Shown in pieces: positions 19,912-29,760 of a stretch of 64,000 nucleotides of DNA. Under the pieces are notes generated by a model, which searched no databases, had not been told where the DNA came from, and saw only the letters and a program-made list of their open reading frames with translations. The stretch comes from a bacterium (lineage in GTDB: Bacteria > Patescibacteriota > Dojkabacteria > JAKAPS01 > JAJZLI01). Position 1 is the first letter of the stretch. Every line of letters starts with the position of its first letter. Location of the stretch: positions 198,087 through 262,086 of the forward strand of contig JAKAWT010000001.1 of assembly GCA_021816845.1 (NCBI GenBank), in the 5' to 3' direction. A program made the position numbers and the translations under genes.

Positions 19912-20391
19912 TTATTTTACCTCTAAATCTTTAATATACCTAAAACTTATTTTTTTAGAAATAGGTCTTGTCTTTACAAAACTAATCTCATCACCAATGT
20001 TTAATACATCATCAACTCCACATGCGACTAAATATATTTTTGTCTTTTTTGTTAATTTCTTATATAAAGGATGTGGAACATATTTTAATACCCTGACCCT
20101 TACACATTTACTTCCATTAACCTGAGGAAGTAACACAGTCCCTCTCAATGGTTTTTTCACCTTGGGTCTAGACCCATTGGATCTAGATACCTTAGTGTTT
20201 GTAACCTTATTGTCAGAACCAATGTTCTTTGAAGATACAATTTTTGGTTGTACTTTTAATCCAACTTTTTTAGATGTTTTTAATGCAGGTTTTTTTGCTA
20301 TAACTTTTTTACTTGATATAGCCTTAGTCCTCTTTAAAGATGTATCTGTTTTTCTAATTTTTGATGTTTTTTTTACTTTCTTATTTTCCAT
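19912..20391 (-). CDS. rpsQ: 30S ribosomal protein S17 with about 80-aa lysine-rich N-terminal extension
   Basis: The C-terminal 80 aa, '[68 protein letters not shown]', match the S17 OB fold. The N-terminus is K/T/S-rich low complexity. Confidence 0.8.
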   Translation of the reverse strand: MENKKVKKTSKIRKTDTSLKRTKAISSKKVIAKKPALKTSKKVGLKVQPKIVSSKNIGSDNKVTNTKVSRSNGSRPKVKKPLRGTVLLPQVNGSKCVRVRVLKYVPHPLYKKLTKKTKIYLVACGVDDVLNIGDEISFVKTRPISKKISFRYIKDLEVK

Positions 20392-20668
20392 TTTGTTTCT
20401 CCTTTAAATCTGAGTTACTTGGGTCTAGATTATTTGTACCTTGATTCTCTAACTTTTCTAAATATTTCTTTTCTGTTAATACAGTTTTAAATCTAGCAAT
20501 CTCTTTCTTCATCTTAGTCAGCTCAGAAACATCAATATTTTCACTTGATGACTTATACAATATTTGCATCCTAACATCCATCCTCTTTTTAAGCATTTCA
20601 TCGTTAAGCTTTTTTAATTGCTTATATATTCCGTCTGTACTTATTTTTCTTATTTGTTGTATATCCAT
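20381..20668 (-). CDS. rpmC: 50S ribosomal protein L29 with C-terminal extension
   Basis: 'LKKLNDEMLKKRMDVRMQI...KEIARFKTVLTEK' fits the L29 helix-turn-helix pattern. Position between L16 and S17. Confidence 0.75.
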   Translation of the reverse strand: MDIQQIRKISTDGIYKQLKKLNDEMLKKRMDVRMQILYKSSSENIDVSELTKMKKEIARFKTVLTEKKYLEKLENQGTNNLDPSNSDLKEKQNGK

Positions 20669-20680
20669 AATTTTTAGAAA

Positions 20681-21100
20681 TTAAAATTCATCCTCTTTCC
20701 TCACAAATTTCACCTTGCATGGCAATTTATATCCTGCTAGTCTAAATGCTTCTTTTGCAGTATCTTCAGATACTCCAACTATCTCAAAAAGTATTCTTCC
20801 TGCTCTAATTGGTGATGCAAATCCTGATACACTACCTTTTCCCCCTCCCATTTTGACTCCTGCTGCTTTTTCCGTTCTTGGATGATAAGGAAACATCCTT
20901 ACCCATACCTTTCCACTTCTTTTTGTATAATGGGTAATTTTTTTTCTTGCTGCTTCTATTTGTTTTGCAGAAATCAAAGAAGGTTCCATCGCTTTAATAC
21001 CATAATCCCCAAAACTTAGTTTTGTTCCATTTGAAGCTACCATATCAATCTTAGCCCTAAATGTCCTTCTATATTTTTGTCTTCTTGGTTGCATTAACAT
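20681..21100 (-). CDS. rplP: 50S ribosomal protein L16
   Basis: 'MLMQPRRQKYRRTFRAK' and 'GGGKGSVSGF' are L16 signatures. Confidence 0.9.
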   Translation of the reverse strand: MLMQPRRQKYRRTFRAKIDMVASNGTKLSFGDYGIKAMEPSLISAKQIEAARKKITHYTKRSGKVWVRMFPYHPRTEKAAGVKMGGGKGSVSGFASPIRAGRILFEIVGVSEDTAKEAFRLAGYKLPCKVKFVRKEDEF

Positions 21101-21106
21101 AATATT

Positions 21107-21754
21107 TTATACTACTTCATCTATATAATTTTTCTCACCTTTATATATCCAGACTTTTACCCCTATAACCCCATAACTATTTGTCTTTATGTAGCTATCT
21201 GCATAATCTATATCAGCTCTTAGTGTATGTAGTGGGACAGATCCAAAATTCCTTTTGTCTGTTCTGTGTATCTCAGATCCTCCAACCCTACCTGAAACCC
21301 AGATTTTAGCACCTTTTGCACCTGCTTCTTTTATCTTTACAATTTCTCTATCCATTAGAAATTTAGGTGAAACTCTTTTTGCAATCCCATCTGTAACATT
21401 TTGAGCTACAAGCATAGCATTCAAATCAGGTTTTTTTATATCATGAACCTCAAGATGTACATTAGAATTGAGCATCTTATCCAATATCTTCTTCAAATCT
21501 TCAAGTCCCTTTCCACCTCTTCCTATTACAACACCTGGTCTTGATACTGAAATATCTATAATAACATTATTCACAGATCTCTTTATAACAATATCTCCTA
21601 CCCCAGCAAGTTTTAAAGTAGTTTTTAAATATTTCCTTACCTTTAAATCCTCATGTAGTTGGTTTTTATATATATCCCCTTCTGCATACCATAAAGATTT
21701 ATAATTTTTATTGATTCCCAGTCTGAATCCTACTGGGTGTATTTTATGTCCCAT
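21107..21754 (-). CDS. rpsC: 30S ribosomal protein S3
   Basis: 'MGHKIHPVGFRLGINKNYKSLWYAE' and the KH-domain 'GVVIGRGGKGLEDLKK'. Confidence 0.9.
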   Translation of the reverse strand: MGHKIHPVGFRLGINKNYKSLWYAEGDIYKNQLHEDLKVRKYLKTTLKLAGVGDIVIKRSVNNVIIDISVSRPGVVIGRGGKGLEDLKKILDKMLNSNVHLEVHDIKKPDLNAMLVAQNVTDGIAKRVSPKFLMDREIVKIKEAGAKGAKIWVSGRVGGSEIHRTDKRNFGSVPLHTLRADIDYADSYIKTNSYGVIGVKVWIYKGEKNYIDEVV

Positions 21755-21756
21755 AT

Positions 21757-22092
21757 TTAACTACTACCAAGTTTAACTAAAATATTACAAGTACGTTTGT
21801 GTATCATTGCAACGCTACCTTTTGATAGATATCTGTATCTTTTTAATGTCTGTCCCTCATCTATTCTAATTTCTTTTATAGTATAAGGCTTCTCTAAATT
21901 TTTTTTATCTGCATTATTTATAGCTGTTTTTATAACCTTTTTTAATACATCTGCATTCCTATAATTTAAAAATGAAAGAGTTGATACAGCAACATCAGGA
22001 GATAACCCTTTTAGTAATCTAGCCACCCTACGTGTCTTCCCCGCAGATCCCTTTATATTTTTAACACTTGCAATAACTTCTTTACTATCCAT
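21757..22092 (-). CDS. rplV: 50S ribosomal protein L22
   Basis: 111 aa with an L22-like profile and position between S19 and S3. Confidence 0.85.
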   Translation of the reverse strand: MDSKEVIASVKNIKGSAGKTRRVARLLKGLSPDVAVSTLSFLNYRNADVLKKVIKTAINNADKKNLEKPYTIKEIRIDEGQTLKRYRYLSKGSVAMIHKRTCNILVKLGSS

Positions 22093-22103
22093 AGTATTTA
22101 TAA

Positions 22104-22409
22104 TTAACTTTCAACTCTCCCTATACTCCCTTGATTTTGAGCGATTTTACCCTTCCTGCTATGTCCTCTAAATAATCTTGTTAGAGCAAATTCCCCAAGT
22201 TTATGTCCTACCATTGCCTCATTAATCAAAACAGGAATATGATGTTTCCCATTATGTACTGCAATTGTAAGTCCAACCATCTCAGGAGATATTGATGAAC
22301 GACGAGCCCATGTTTTGATAGGCTTTCTATCTCCAGAAGTCTTTTGTAATATAACCTTTTTTAATAATTTTTCATCCACATAAGGACCTTTTTTACTTGA
22401 TCTTGACAT
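22104..22409 (-). CDS. rpsS: 30S ribosomal protein S19
   Basis: '[18 protein letters not shown]' and '[33 protein letters not shown]'. Confidence 0.9.
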   Translation of the reverse strand: MSRSSKKGPYVDEKLLKKVILQKTSGDRKPIKTWARRSSISPEMVGLTIAVHNGKHHIPVLINEAMVGHKLGEFALTRLFRGHSRKGKIAQNQGSIGRVES

Positions 22410-22410
22410 A

Positions 22411-23268
22411 TTATTTTTTTACTCTTTGTCCTGTTCTTTTAATTAATATATATTTATCAGTCAATTTATTTTTCCTTGTTTTGGTTCCACGCCTATGGCC
22501 CCAGATATCCTTTGATATACCACCAACTTGACCTTTACCTTCTCCTCCTCCATGAGGGTGCTGTTTAGCATGCATTGCCATACCCCTAACTGAAGGCCTA
22601 ATTCCTAAATACCTAGTTCTACCAGCTTTCCCAAGTTTCTGATTTGCATGATCTGTATTACCGACTCTTCCTATTGTTGCAAAATTATCTGAATTTATAT
22701 ACCTTACTTCACCTGAAGGAAGTTTTAAAAGAGCAAGATTATTTTCCTCTATAGATTGTAATTTTGCAAATACACCAGCAGATCTTACCAAAATACCTCC
22801 ATGACCTGAAGTTATTTCTATGTTATATATCTCAGACCCTATTGGAATCTTTTTTATTGGCAACGCATTACCTACCCTAACTTCAGCATTCTCTCCTGAT
22901 TCAACCCTATCTCCAAGAGATAATCCTACAGGTGCAATTATATACCTTTTATCACCGTCTGTATAGTGTAAAAGTGCAATTCTAGCAGTTCTTATGGGAT
23001 CATATTCTATGGATTTCACATAAGCAGGAATTCCATATTTATCTCTTCTTGTATCTATAATTCTATATCTTTGTTTAACTCCACCTCCTTGATGACGTAC
23101 TGTAATAACACCTCTAGAATTCCTACCTGCCTTACTTTTATATTTTACAAGTAGCGATTTTAGTGGCTTATTTTTCCTCAATCCATCTTTTGAAACTAAT
23201 ACGGTATGCCTTAAAGATGCAGTTACTGGATTATATGTTTTTAAATTTTTATTCTTATTTTTCTTCAT
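22411..23268 (-). CDS. rplB: 50S ribosomal protein L2
   Basis: '[16 protein letters not shown]' and '[17 protein letters not shown]'. Confidence 0.95.
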   Translation of the reverse strand: MKKNKNKNLKTYNPVTASLRHTVLVSKDGLRKNKPLKSLLVKYKSKAGRNSRGVITVRHQGGGVKQRYRIIDTRRDKYGIPAYVKSIEYDPIRTARIALLHYTDGDKRYIIAPVGLSLGDRVESGENAEVRVGNALPIKKIPIGSEIYNIEITSGHGGILVRSAGVFAKLQSIEENNLALLKLPSGEVRYINSDNFATIGRVGNTDHANQKLGKAGRTRYLGIRPSVRGMAMHAKQHPHGGGEGKGQVGGISKDIWGHRRGTKTRKNKLTDKYILIKRTGQRVKK

Positions 23269-23825
23269 CTTGAAGCTCCTTTTCTTTCATTTATATTTGT
23301 ATCTGTTTTTTTATCTATACTCCTTCTTCTTAAAAGTGTTCTTGCAATGCCTAATGGATTTGAATCTTTTGACTTTGTACCTATTTCCTTAGTTTTTACT
23401 TTTTGAGTTTGGGCTCCTTGAGCATTGACTCCTTGTGATTTTAACACATTTTTCCCCTTTGTAGCCTTATTGTTTATTTCAGTCTTTGACTTAGATTTCT
23501 TTTTCTTTTCTTCTTCTTTATCCTCTCCAAGTAAGTTAATGCTAAACCCTGGTTTCAATTTTACATATGCTTTTTTTATATCTGCCTTTTTATTCTTGAC
23601 AATATATCTCTTTTTATTTATATCTCTGATTTTCTTACCTTTTTCTCTAAGTAGCCTAATTTCAGCAACTTCTACAGAAAAAGCCTTTTCAACTGCAGCC
23701 TTAACACCTTTTTTATCTGCAAGCATTGAAATCTTAAATCCATACCAACCACCAGAAGAACTTGTAGACATTCTTAATATCTTCTCTGAAATTATAGGTT
23801 GTTTCAATACATCAGCTATTTTCAT
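23265..23825 (-). CDS. rplW: 50S ribosomal protein L23 with about 90-aa K/E-rich C-terminal extension
   Basis: The N-terminal 100 aa are L23-like ('ADVLKQPIISEKILRMSTS...FSVEVAEIRLL'). The tail is lysine-rich. Confidence 0.8.
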   Translation of the reverse strand: MKIADVLKQPIISEKILRMSTSSSGGWYGFKISMLADKKGVKAAVEKAFSVEVAEIRLLREKGKKIRDINKKRYIVKNKKADIKKAYVKLKPGFSINLLGEDKEEEKKKKSKSKTEINNKATKGKNVLKSQGVNAQGAQTQKVKTKEIGTKSKDSNPLGIARTLLRRRSIDKKTDTNINERKGASR

Positions 23826-24722
23826 TTATTTTAACTTTTTAGAATTAGTCTCTGTAGTACTAGATCTATTGGTTCTAACAGACTTTACTACTTTGTTTTT
23901 TTTCACTATAGTTTTTTTCAAAACAGGTTTCTTAGTTATTAATTCGTTAACTACTGATTTTTTAACCATGGATTTCTTAACTGCTGTTTTCTTCACCTTT
24001 GATTCTATAGATTTAGATGCTTCTATATCTATAGATTTTGTATTTTTTTGTTTTAAACCTTTATTTTCTAACTTTGATTCTGTAATTTTTGTTTTTAATG
24101 AATATCCAGGAATGTTATTAATTGAATCCTGCAGAAATAAAAGTCTCCTTGAATTTTCAACATCATAAGCATTAAGAAAATCAGCTTTCAAAACTTTTAT
24201 TTTTTGTATATTTGAAAAAGCTCCCTTTATATTTGAAGAATCAATATTTGCTACAATTAAAGTCTTTGTACCTTTGATATTTAACTTTTCTAGTATTGAA
24301 ACTGCTTGCATAGTAAGTGGTTTTTTTGAGAATTTTATCTGATCTAGCACCATTACTGATCCTTCTGATGCCTTTAGGCTTAATGATGAATACAGGGCTA
24401 TCCTTCTCATTTTTCTTGGCATCGATAGTTTGAAGAATTTTGGCTTTGGACCATGAGAAACTCCTCCAGATCTTTGTATATTAGACTTCTTAGCTCCCGC
24501 TCTAGCCCTCCCAATTTTGTTATTAGCCCATAATTTCTTTGTTGTTCCAGCTATCTCTGATCTACCTTTTGTAGACCTAGTTCCTTGTCTAGTATTTTGA
24601 AGATGTATATATATATATTGATCTATTAGATACCTATTTATAGGCGCATTAAAAACATTATCATTCAATTCTATCTTTTTAGTATTTTTTTCTCCATTCT
24701 GAGAATATACATCTATCTTCAT
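23826..24722 (-). CDS. rplD: 50S ribosomal protein L4 with about 100-aa C-terminal extension
   Basis: 'RQGTRSTKGRSEIAGTTKKLWANNKIGRARAGAKKSNIQRSGGVSHGPKP' is an L4 signature. Lys/Ser-rich tail. Confidence 0.85.
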   Translation of the reverse strand: MKIDVYSQNGEKNTKKIELNDNVFNAPINRYLIDQYIYIHLQNTRQGTRSTKGRSEIAGTTKKLWANNKIGRARAGAKKSNIQRSGGVSHGPKPKFFKLSMPRKMRRIALYSSLSLKASEGSVMVLDQIKFSKKPLTMQAVSILEKLNIKGTKTLIVANIDSSNIKGAFSNIQKIKVLKADFLNAYDVENSRRLLFLQDSINNIPGYSLKTKITESKLENKGLKQKNTKSIDIEASKSIESKVKKTAVKKSMVKKSVVNELITKKPVLKKTIVKKNKVVKSVRTNRSSTTETNSKKLK

Positions 24723-25348
24723 TATGTAGCCTTTATAACAATTAAATTATTCTTAGCTCCAGGCACTGCCCCTTTAAGAACTATTATGTCATCCTTTATA
24801 TCAATAATTTCTAATCCTTTAACAGTAACTTTTTCCTGGCCCATACGTCCCCCCATTTTTTTCCCTTTCTTAACATTACCTGGAGTAGTACCCGACCCTA
24901 TGGACCCTGGATGCCTCTCTTTGTCAGACTGTCCATGAGTTTTGGGTCCTCCATGGAATCCCCATCTCTTAACAACACCAGCAAATCCTTTTCCTTTAGT
25001 AGTTCCATATACTTCTACTTTTTCCCCAACATTAAAAATAGAACTTAGCACCTTATCCCCATACTTTACATCATCTATATTTCCAACTTCCTTTATATAT
25101 TTTGGGACTTTTAAACCAAGTTTCTTTGAGCCTTTCAAATTTTTAAACTTACCTATCTCCGGCTTTTTGGGATTTTTTTTATCTAGCAATCCCAATATGA
25201 CAGAATCATATCCATCTTTGTCATTTTTTTTAAAACCACAAACAAAACATTTTGATGTGTCAATAAGGGTAACAGGATAAACTGTACCGTTTTCCCCGAA
25301 TGTTTGAGTCATATCTTTTTTAATACCCAATATAGTTCTCATAATCAA
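24722..25348 (-). CDS. rplC: 50S ribosomal protein L3
   Basis: 'GTTKGKGFAGVVKRWGFHGGPKTHGQSDKERHPGSIG' is an L3 signature. Confidence 0.9.
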   Translation of the reverse strand: MIMRTILGIKKDMTQTFGENGTVYPVTLIDTSKCFVCGFKKNDKDGYDSVILGLLDKKNPKKPEIGKFKNLKGSKKLGLKVPKYIKEVGNIDDVKYGDKVLSSIFNVGEKVEVYGTTKGKGFAGVVKRWGFHGGPKTHGQSDKERHPGSIGSGTTPGNVKKGKKMGGRMGQEKVTVKGLEIIDIKDDIIVLKGAVPGAKNNLIVIKAT

Positions 25349-25390
25349 AAAAAATAGAAAGTCTCGGCTTTCTATATAAACTTAAATATC

Positions 25391-25696
25391 TTACTTTATT
25401 TCAATACCAACACCTACAGGTAACTGTAGGTGGGTAAGTATATCAATAGTCTTCCCAGTTGGCTGTAATATATCGATTAATCTCTTATGAATCCTCATTT
25501 CAAAACTTTCCATAGACCTCTTGTCAACATGAGGAGATGTGTTTACTGTATACTTTTTTATTTTTGTAGGTAGAGGAATAGGACCTGAAGCTTTAGCTCC
25601 AGAAGATACTGCTGCATCAATGATTTTTTGAGCAGATTTGTCTAAAATCTGGACATCAAAACCCTTCAATTTTACTCGTATCTTGTTATTATCCAT
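25391..25696 (-). CDS. rpsJ: 30S ribosomal protein S10
   Basis: '[25 protein letters not shown]...GPIPLPTK...[23 protein letters not shown]'. Confidence 0.9.
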   Translation of the reverse strand: MDNNKIRVKLKGFDVQILDKSAQKIIDAAVSSGAKASGPIPLPTKIKKYTVNTSPHVDKRSMESFEMRIHKRLIDILQPTGKTIDILTHLQLPVGVGIEIK

Positions 25697-25717
25697 ACTA
25701 AAAAGAGCAAATAAAAT

Positions 25718-26920
25718 TTATTTTACAACCTTTGTTATAATTCCTGCTCCAACAGTTCTTCCACCTTCTCTTATTGCAAATCTTACACCTTCTTCTATAG
25801 CTACAGGTACTATTAAACGTACAGACATCTTTATGTTATCACCAGGTAAAGCAACTTCAACACCTTCAGGTAACTGAATCTCTCCTGTTACATCAGTAGT
25901 TCTTATATAAAACTGTGGTCTATATCCTGATACGAAAGGAGAATGTCTACCTCCCTCTTCTTTTGTTAATATATAAACCTCTGATTCAAATTCTGTATGA
26001 GGTGTTACTGATCCTGGTTTAGCTATAACTTCACCTCTTTGTATTTCCTCTCTCTTGTATCCACGTAAAAGTAATCCAACATTATCCCCTGCTTGAGCCT
26101 GTTCCAAAGATTTATTGAACATTTCAATACCTGTTACAACAGTATTTCTAACTTTTTCTGTAAGACCAACTATATCAGCTGCATCTCCAGCTTTCAAAAT
26201 ACCTCTCTCAACCCTTCCAGTTGCTACGGTACCTCTTCCTTCAATTAAAAATACATCTTCAACAGGCATTAAAAATGGTTTATCAATTTCTCTTTCTGGT
26301 AAAGGAATGTAGTCATCTACATTGTTCATCAAAGTTAATATAGGTCCACACCACTGACAATCTTCTTTTCCACAACCACATTCTAAAGCTTTCAAAGCGC
26401 TCCCTCTAACAACAGGAGTTTCATCTCCATTAAATTCATATTTTGAAAGTAGTTCTCTAACTTCCATCTCAACAAGATCAATAAGCTCTGGATCATCTAC
26501 CATATCCACCTTATTCAAGAATACTACCATCTTTGGGACTCCAACTTGACGAGCTAAAAGTATATGTTCTCTTGTTTGTGGCATAGGACCATCAGTTGCA
26601 GATACAACTAATATAGCACCATCCATTTGAGCAGCTCCTGTAATCATGTTCTTTACGTAATCAGCATGTCCTGGACAATCAACATGAGCATAGTGAAACT
26701 TGGATGTCTCATATTCTGTATGAGCTGTAGCTATAGTAATACCTCTTGCTCTTGACTCTGGAGCCTTATCTAAAGCATCTACTCCTTTGTTCTGAGCTGC
26801 AAATCCAGCTGCAGCAAGTACTCTAAGTATCGCTGCGGTTAATGTTGTTTTACCATGATCAACGTGACCAATAGTTCCAACGTTTTTATGTGGTTTTGAT
26901 CTATCAAATGCTGCTACCAT
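25718..26920 (-). CDS. tuf: Elongation factor Tu
   Basis: 400 aa with '[18 protein letters not shown]', '[26 protein letters not shown]' and 'NKVDMVDD'. Sits directly upstream of S10 with no fusA in between. Confidence 0.95.
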   Translation of the reverse strand: MVAAFDRSKPHKNVGTIGHVDHGKTTLTAAILRVLAAAGFAAQNKGVDALDKAPESRARGITIATAHTEYETSKFHYAHVDCPGHADYVKNMITGAAQMDGAILVVSATDGPMPQTREHILLARQVGVPKMVVFLNKVDMVDDPELIDLVEMEVRELLSKYEFNGDETPVVRGSALKALECGCGKEDCQWCGPILTLMNNVDDYIPLPEREIDKPFLMPVEDVFLIEGRGTVATGRVERGILKAGDAADIVGLTEKVRNTVVTGIEMFNKSLEQAQAGDNVGLLLRGYKREEIQRGEVIAKPGSVTPHTEFESEVYILTKEEGGRHSPFVSGYRPQFYIRTTDVTGEIQLPEGVEVALPGDNIKMSVRLIVPVAIEEGVRFAIREGGRTVGAGIITKVVK

Positions 26921-27154
26921 AATAATTTTTGACTAAAATAAATAAACTCTAAATCCTTGGACCTAAATCCACAGATTTAATCCAAGGCAATTATACATAC
27001 AAAATATGCATATTGCAACTACTTTAAGATGCTATAAATATATCATATCACTAAAAATTTGTAAAATTGTATTTATATTGTTATTACAATATATCTAGAC
27101 AATTATGATATGAGTTAGGACAAATAATAATTAAAGTTACATTAAATGCATAGT

Positions 27155-27718
27155 CTAAAGCAATTTACGGGCTATTAAATCTTTCTTTAATTTTTTATAT
27201 TCTGGAATCTTGAGGCTAACAAGATCCCAAAATTTATCCTGATGATTCATTTCTTTAATGTGACAAAGTTCGTGAACTATAATATAATCTGATAAAGACT
27301 GAGGTAAAAGAACTATCTTCCAATTAAAATTTAAATTACCCAACGTTGAACAACTACCCCACCTAGACTCTTGATTTTTAATCCTGATATTTTTAAATTT
27401 GAAATTGTAAAAACTATTAAAGTATTTGATCCTAGTAGTTACAAGATTTAGAGCTTCTTTTTTGTAATTTATAATATTATCATCTAAATGCACCCCATCT
27501 TTTGTAAATTCTGTCTTTATATAATTCTTTTTTGTTTTTACAATCCATTTATATTTCTTTCTTAGAAATTCCTCTTCCATGCCTTCCTTGATAAAATATG
27601 GAATTGTAACAAAAACAATCCCTCCTTTCTTTATATAAACAATGATTCTTTTTGCTCTCTTACTTTTTTTAAGAAAATAATTAATTGTTGTTCCTTCAAC
27701 TGTAATATGTTTTTCCAT
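27155..27718 (-). CDS. DUF45 / YgjP-like metal-dependent hydrolase (WLM-type HExxH)
   Basis: 'RWGSCSTLGNLNFNWKIVLLP...YIIVHELCHIKEMNHQDKFW' matches the YgjP/DUF45 signature around the HExxH. Confidence 0.75.
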   Translation of the reverse strand: MEKHITVEGTTINYFLKKSKRAKRIIVYIKKGGIVFVTIPYFIKEGMEEEFLRKKYKWIVKTKKNYIKTEFTKDGVHLDDNIINYKKEALNLVTTRIKYFNSFYNFKFKNIRIKNQESRWGSCSTLGNLNFNWKIVLLPQSLSDYIIVHELCHIKEMNHQDKFWDLVSLKIPEYKKLKKDLIARKLL

Positions 27719-27794
27719 AAATTATATATTAACAAAAAATTACTTATAATTAATATATTTTGAAAATACAATGATTTTTTGGTAGTATTACATT

Positions 27795-28475
27795 ATGAGT
27801 AGAAAAAATTTAGGTTTTGAAAAATTAAAAAAGGATTTAACACCAAAAGAAATTTTCAAAAATGAACCTGAAACTATCTTCAAACTAAATAATCCAATAT
27901 TGTATTTTTTTATCTTAGGTATAATAGTTTTCTTTATATCCCTAAATACTAGTATAAACAAAAGTTTATTCTTTTTTATATTTAATATATCAACCAAACA
28001 TTATCTCTTTCTAAATCCTATCATGGAATTTTCTGCATTTTTACTTTTTGCAGTTATCTGCATAATTGCATTTTTCTGGACATTATTAAATGAAAAAAAG
28101 AAAATGTATACTATTGGTTTTTCATTCCTTTTTATAGGAATATTAGCTTTTATAATATCAAGGATAGTTATGCATTTTTATTTTGACATCAGACCTTATA
28201 TGGAATACGGATTAAAACCTTTAGTCCCAGTATCCTCTGGAAATGGATTCCCTTCAGACCATGCACTTTTAACATCTGCAGTGACTGCCACAATGTATCT
28301 ATATAGCAGAAAGGCTGGACTAATATTACTTATACTAACTATTTTAGTATGTATTGCAAGAATATTTGTCGCAGCACACCACCCTCTAGACGTTGCGGCA
28401 AGTATATTCATTGTCTTTATAGCAACATCAATCTATCTACTATTTTACAACAAAATAGGAAAGAAGTTACTCTAA
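27795..28475 (+). CDS. PAP2-family membrane phosphatase (undecaprenyl-diphosphate / phosphatidate phosphatase-like)
   Basis: PAP2 motifs 'RPYMEY' (KxxxxxxRP-like), 'PSDHA' (PSGH) and 'ARIFVAAHHPLDV' (SRxxxxxHxxxD), plus 5-6 TM helices. Confidence 0.7.
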   Translation: MSRKNLGFEKLKKDLTPKEIFKNEPETIFKLNNPILYFFILGIIVFFISLNTSINKSLFFFIFNISTKHYLFLNPIMEFSAFLLFAVICIIAFFWTLLNEKKKMYTIGFSFLFIGILAFIISRIVMHFYFDIRPYMEYGLKPLVPVSSGNGFPSDHALLTSAVTATMYLYSRKAGLILLILTILVCIARIFVAAHHPLDVAASIFIVFIATSIYLLFYNKIGKKLL

Positions 28476-28858
28476 ACACTAGACTTTTAAAAAGATATTA
28501 TCTCTACAAAGTGATGTCAGGAGGACCTATCAATACTTTAAGTGTCGCCTGTTAATAATCTATTCCTAACATTTTCAAACATCATGATATTCCAATTTAT
28601 ACTAATTAAAAGGTTAAATTTCAAAGCCATACGGCCTTATCTTAAATCATCATTTCATTGCTTAAATATTATCTCTTTATTTTTCAAGTACTGTATCCAG
28701 AGATGAAGTAAAAACTCTCTGCGCTAAAACTCATTATACAGATTTTTATAAAGAGTTATGACAATTTTTCTGATATCAACCTTTGTAAAGATATAATTTA
28801 TATAGCTTAAACTATCTATACCTATTAAATATAGAAAATATTTACTGGATCTTTATTC

Positions 28859-28947
28859 GGAGAGGGTAAGATTCGAACTCACGATTCTATTTTTGTAGAA
28901 TGCTGTTTTTCGAGAACAGCCTGATAAACCACTCCAGCACCTCTCCA
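28859..28947 (-). tRNA. tRNA-Ser (anticodon CGA), type II with long variable arm
   Basis: Hand-folded from the reverse complement: acceptor GGAGAGG/CCTCTCC, D-arm CTG-GAGTGGTTTAT-CAG, anticodon arm CTGTT-CTCGAAA-AACAG, variable stem ATTCTA/TAGAAT, T-arm GTGAG-TTCGAAT-CTTAC. No encoded CCA. Confidence 0.8.
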
Positions 28948-28958
28948 TATACTAATTA

Positions 28959-29032
28959 TCGCTTCTGGTAGGATTCGAACCTGCAATCTCTAGATCCGCA
29001 ATCTAGGGCTTTATCCGATTAAGCTACAGAAG
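28959..29032 (-). tRNA. tRNA-Arg, anticodon read as GCG
   Basis: Hand-folded: acceptor GCTTCTG/CAGAAGC, D-arm GCTT-AATCGGATA-AAGC, anticodon arm CTAGA-TTGCGGA-TCTAG (U33, G37), T-arm GCAGG-TTCGAAT-CCTAC with one C-A mismatch. 74 nt. Confidence 0.7.
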
Positions 29033-29082
29033 CATTTTGAATTCAGACTCCTGAACATAAATCTTGAAATCTATATTTTGTA

Positions 29083-29664
29083 CTATTGAATAGGTATATA
29101 TGTACCATCAATCATTTTTGAAAACCTAGATTGTCTATTTTTAAATTCCTTATATGGTAGATATTCTGATAATATAGTTTTTATTTTATCCTGTGATTCC
29201 TCATCCACAATAAGAACTAACCTTGCAGGAATCTTATAATTAGTATCAATATTTAATATAGATTGATCTCCTCTTTTTGAGAACCAAAAATTTACTAAAT
29301 CTTTATAAGGATAATCTTTATCAAACCACATAATTTCTTTATTGGTAATAGTATGCTCAATAATATTTGGAGGAACTCTAACCATCACGTACATAACAAA
29401 CCCTAAAGCTACAACTACTACAATAGTAAGATATTCTTTTATAAATAAAAGCAATACTATAATAACAAGTAACCACAAAAAAACAGTATATAATTTTTGT
29501 TTATCCCAATTAACATATACTCTAGCTGGTGATTTCCATGTATACAATACTTCTCTTGGCTTTTTATCAAAATCTTTTTTATCTTTCTCCTCATTTATGT
29601 CATCCTTCAAAGATTGTAATTGCTTCTCTAGAACTTGAATTTTTTCTGCCTTTTTATCCTCCAT
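29083..29664 (-). CDS. Hypothetical membrane protein (charged coiled-coil N-terminus, 2 TM helices, about 100-aa C-terminal domain)
   Basis: 193-aa ORF with hydrophobic segments 'LYTVFLWLLVIIVLLLFI' and 'TIVVVVALGFVMYVMV'. No recognisable motif. Confidence 0.4.
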   Translation of the reverse strand: MEDKKAEKIQVLEKQLQSLKDDINEEKDKKDFDKKPREVLYTWKSPARVYVNWDKQKLYTVFLWLLVIIVLLLFIKEYLTIVVVVALGFVMYVMVRVPPNIIEHTITNKEIMWFDKDYPYKDLVNFWFSKRGDQSILNIDTNYKIPARLVLIVDEESQDKIKTILSEYLPYKEFKNRQSRFSKMIDGTYIPIQ

Positions 29665-29760
29665 TAAATTAATATTACTATTTATTAGTATCTAATTCAA
29701 TCTAGCAACATTTTACTGGTATATTTTGCACTATTTGTAATTTAGTTCTAATATAAAAAT

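Noticed and set aside
23425-24168. 247-aa plus-strand ORF
   Set aside because: Entirely antisense to the rplW/rplD coding sequences. Low-complexity Phe/Leu/Ser-rich translation typical of the reverse frame of Lys/Glu-rich genes. Not a real gene.
26957-26989. Inverted repeat CCTTGGA...TCCAAGG upstream of tuf, as a possible terminator or operator
   Set aside because: The 7-bp stem is separated by a 19-nt loop and has no adjacent U-tract on the relevant strand. Too weak to call a terminator and no evidence for a regulator site.
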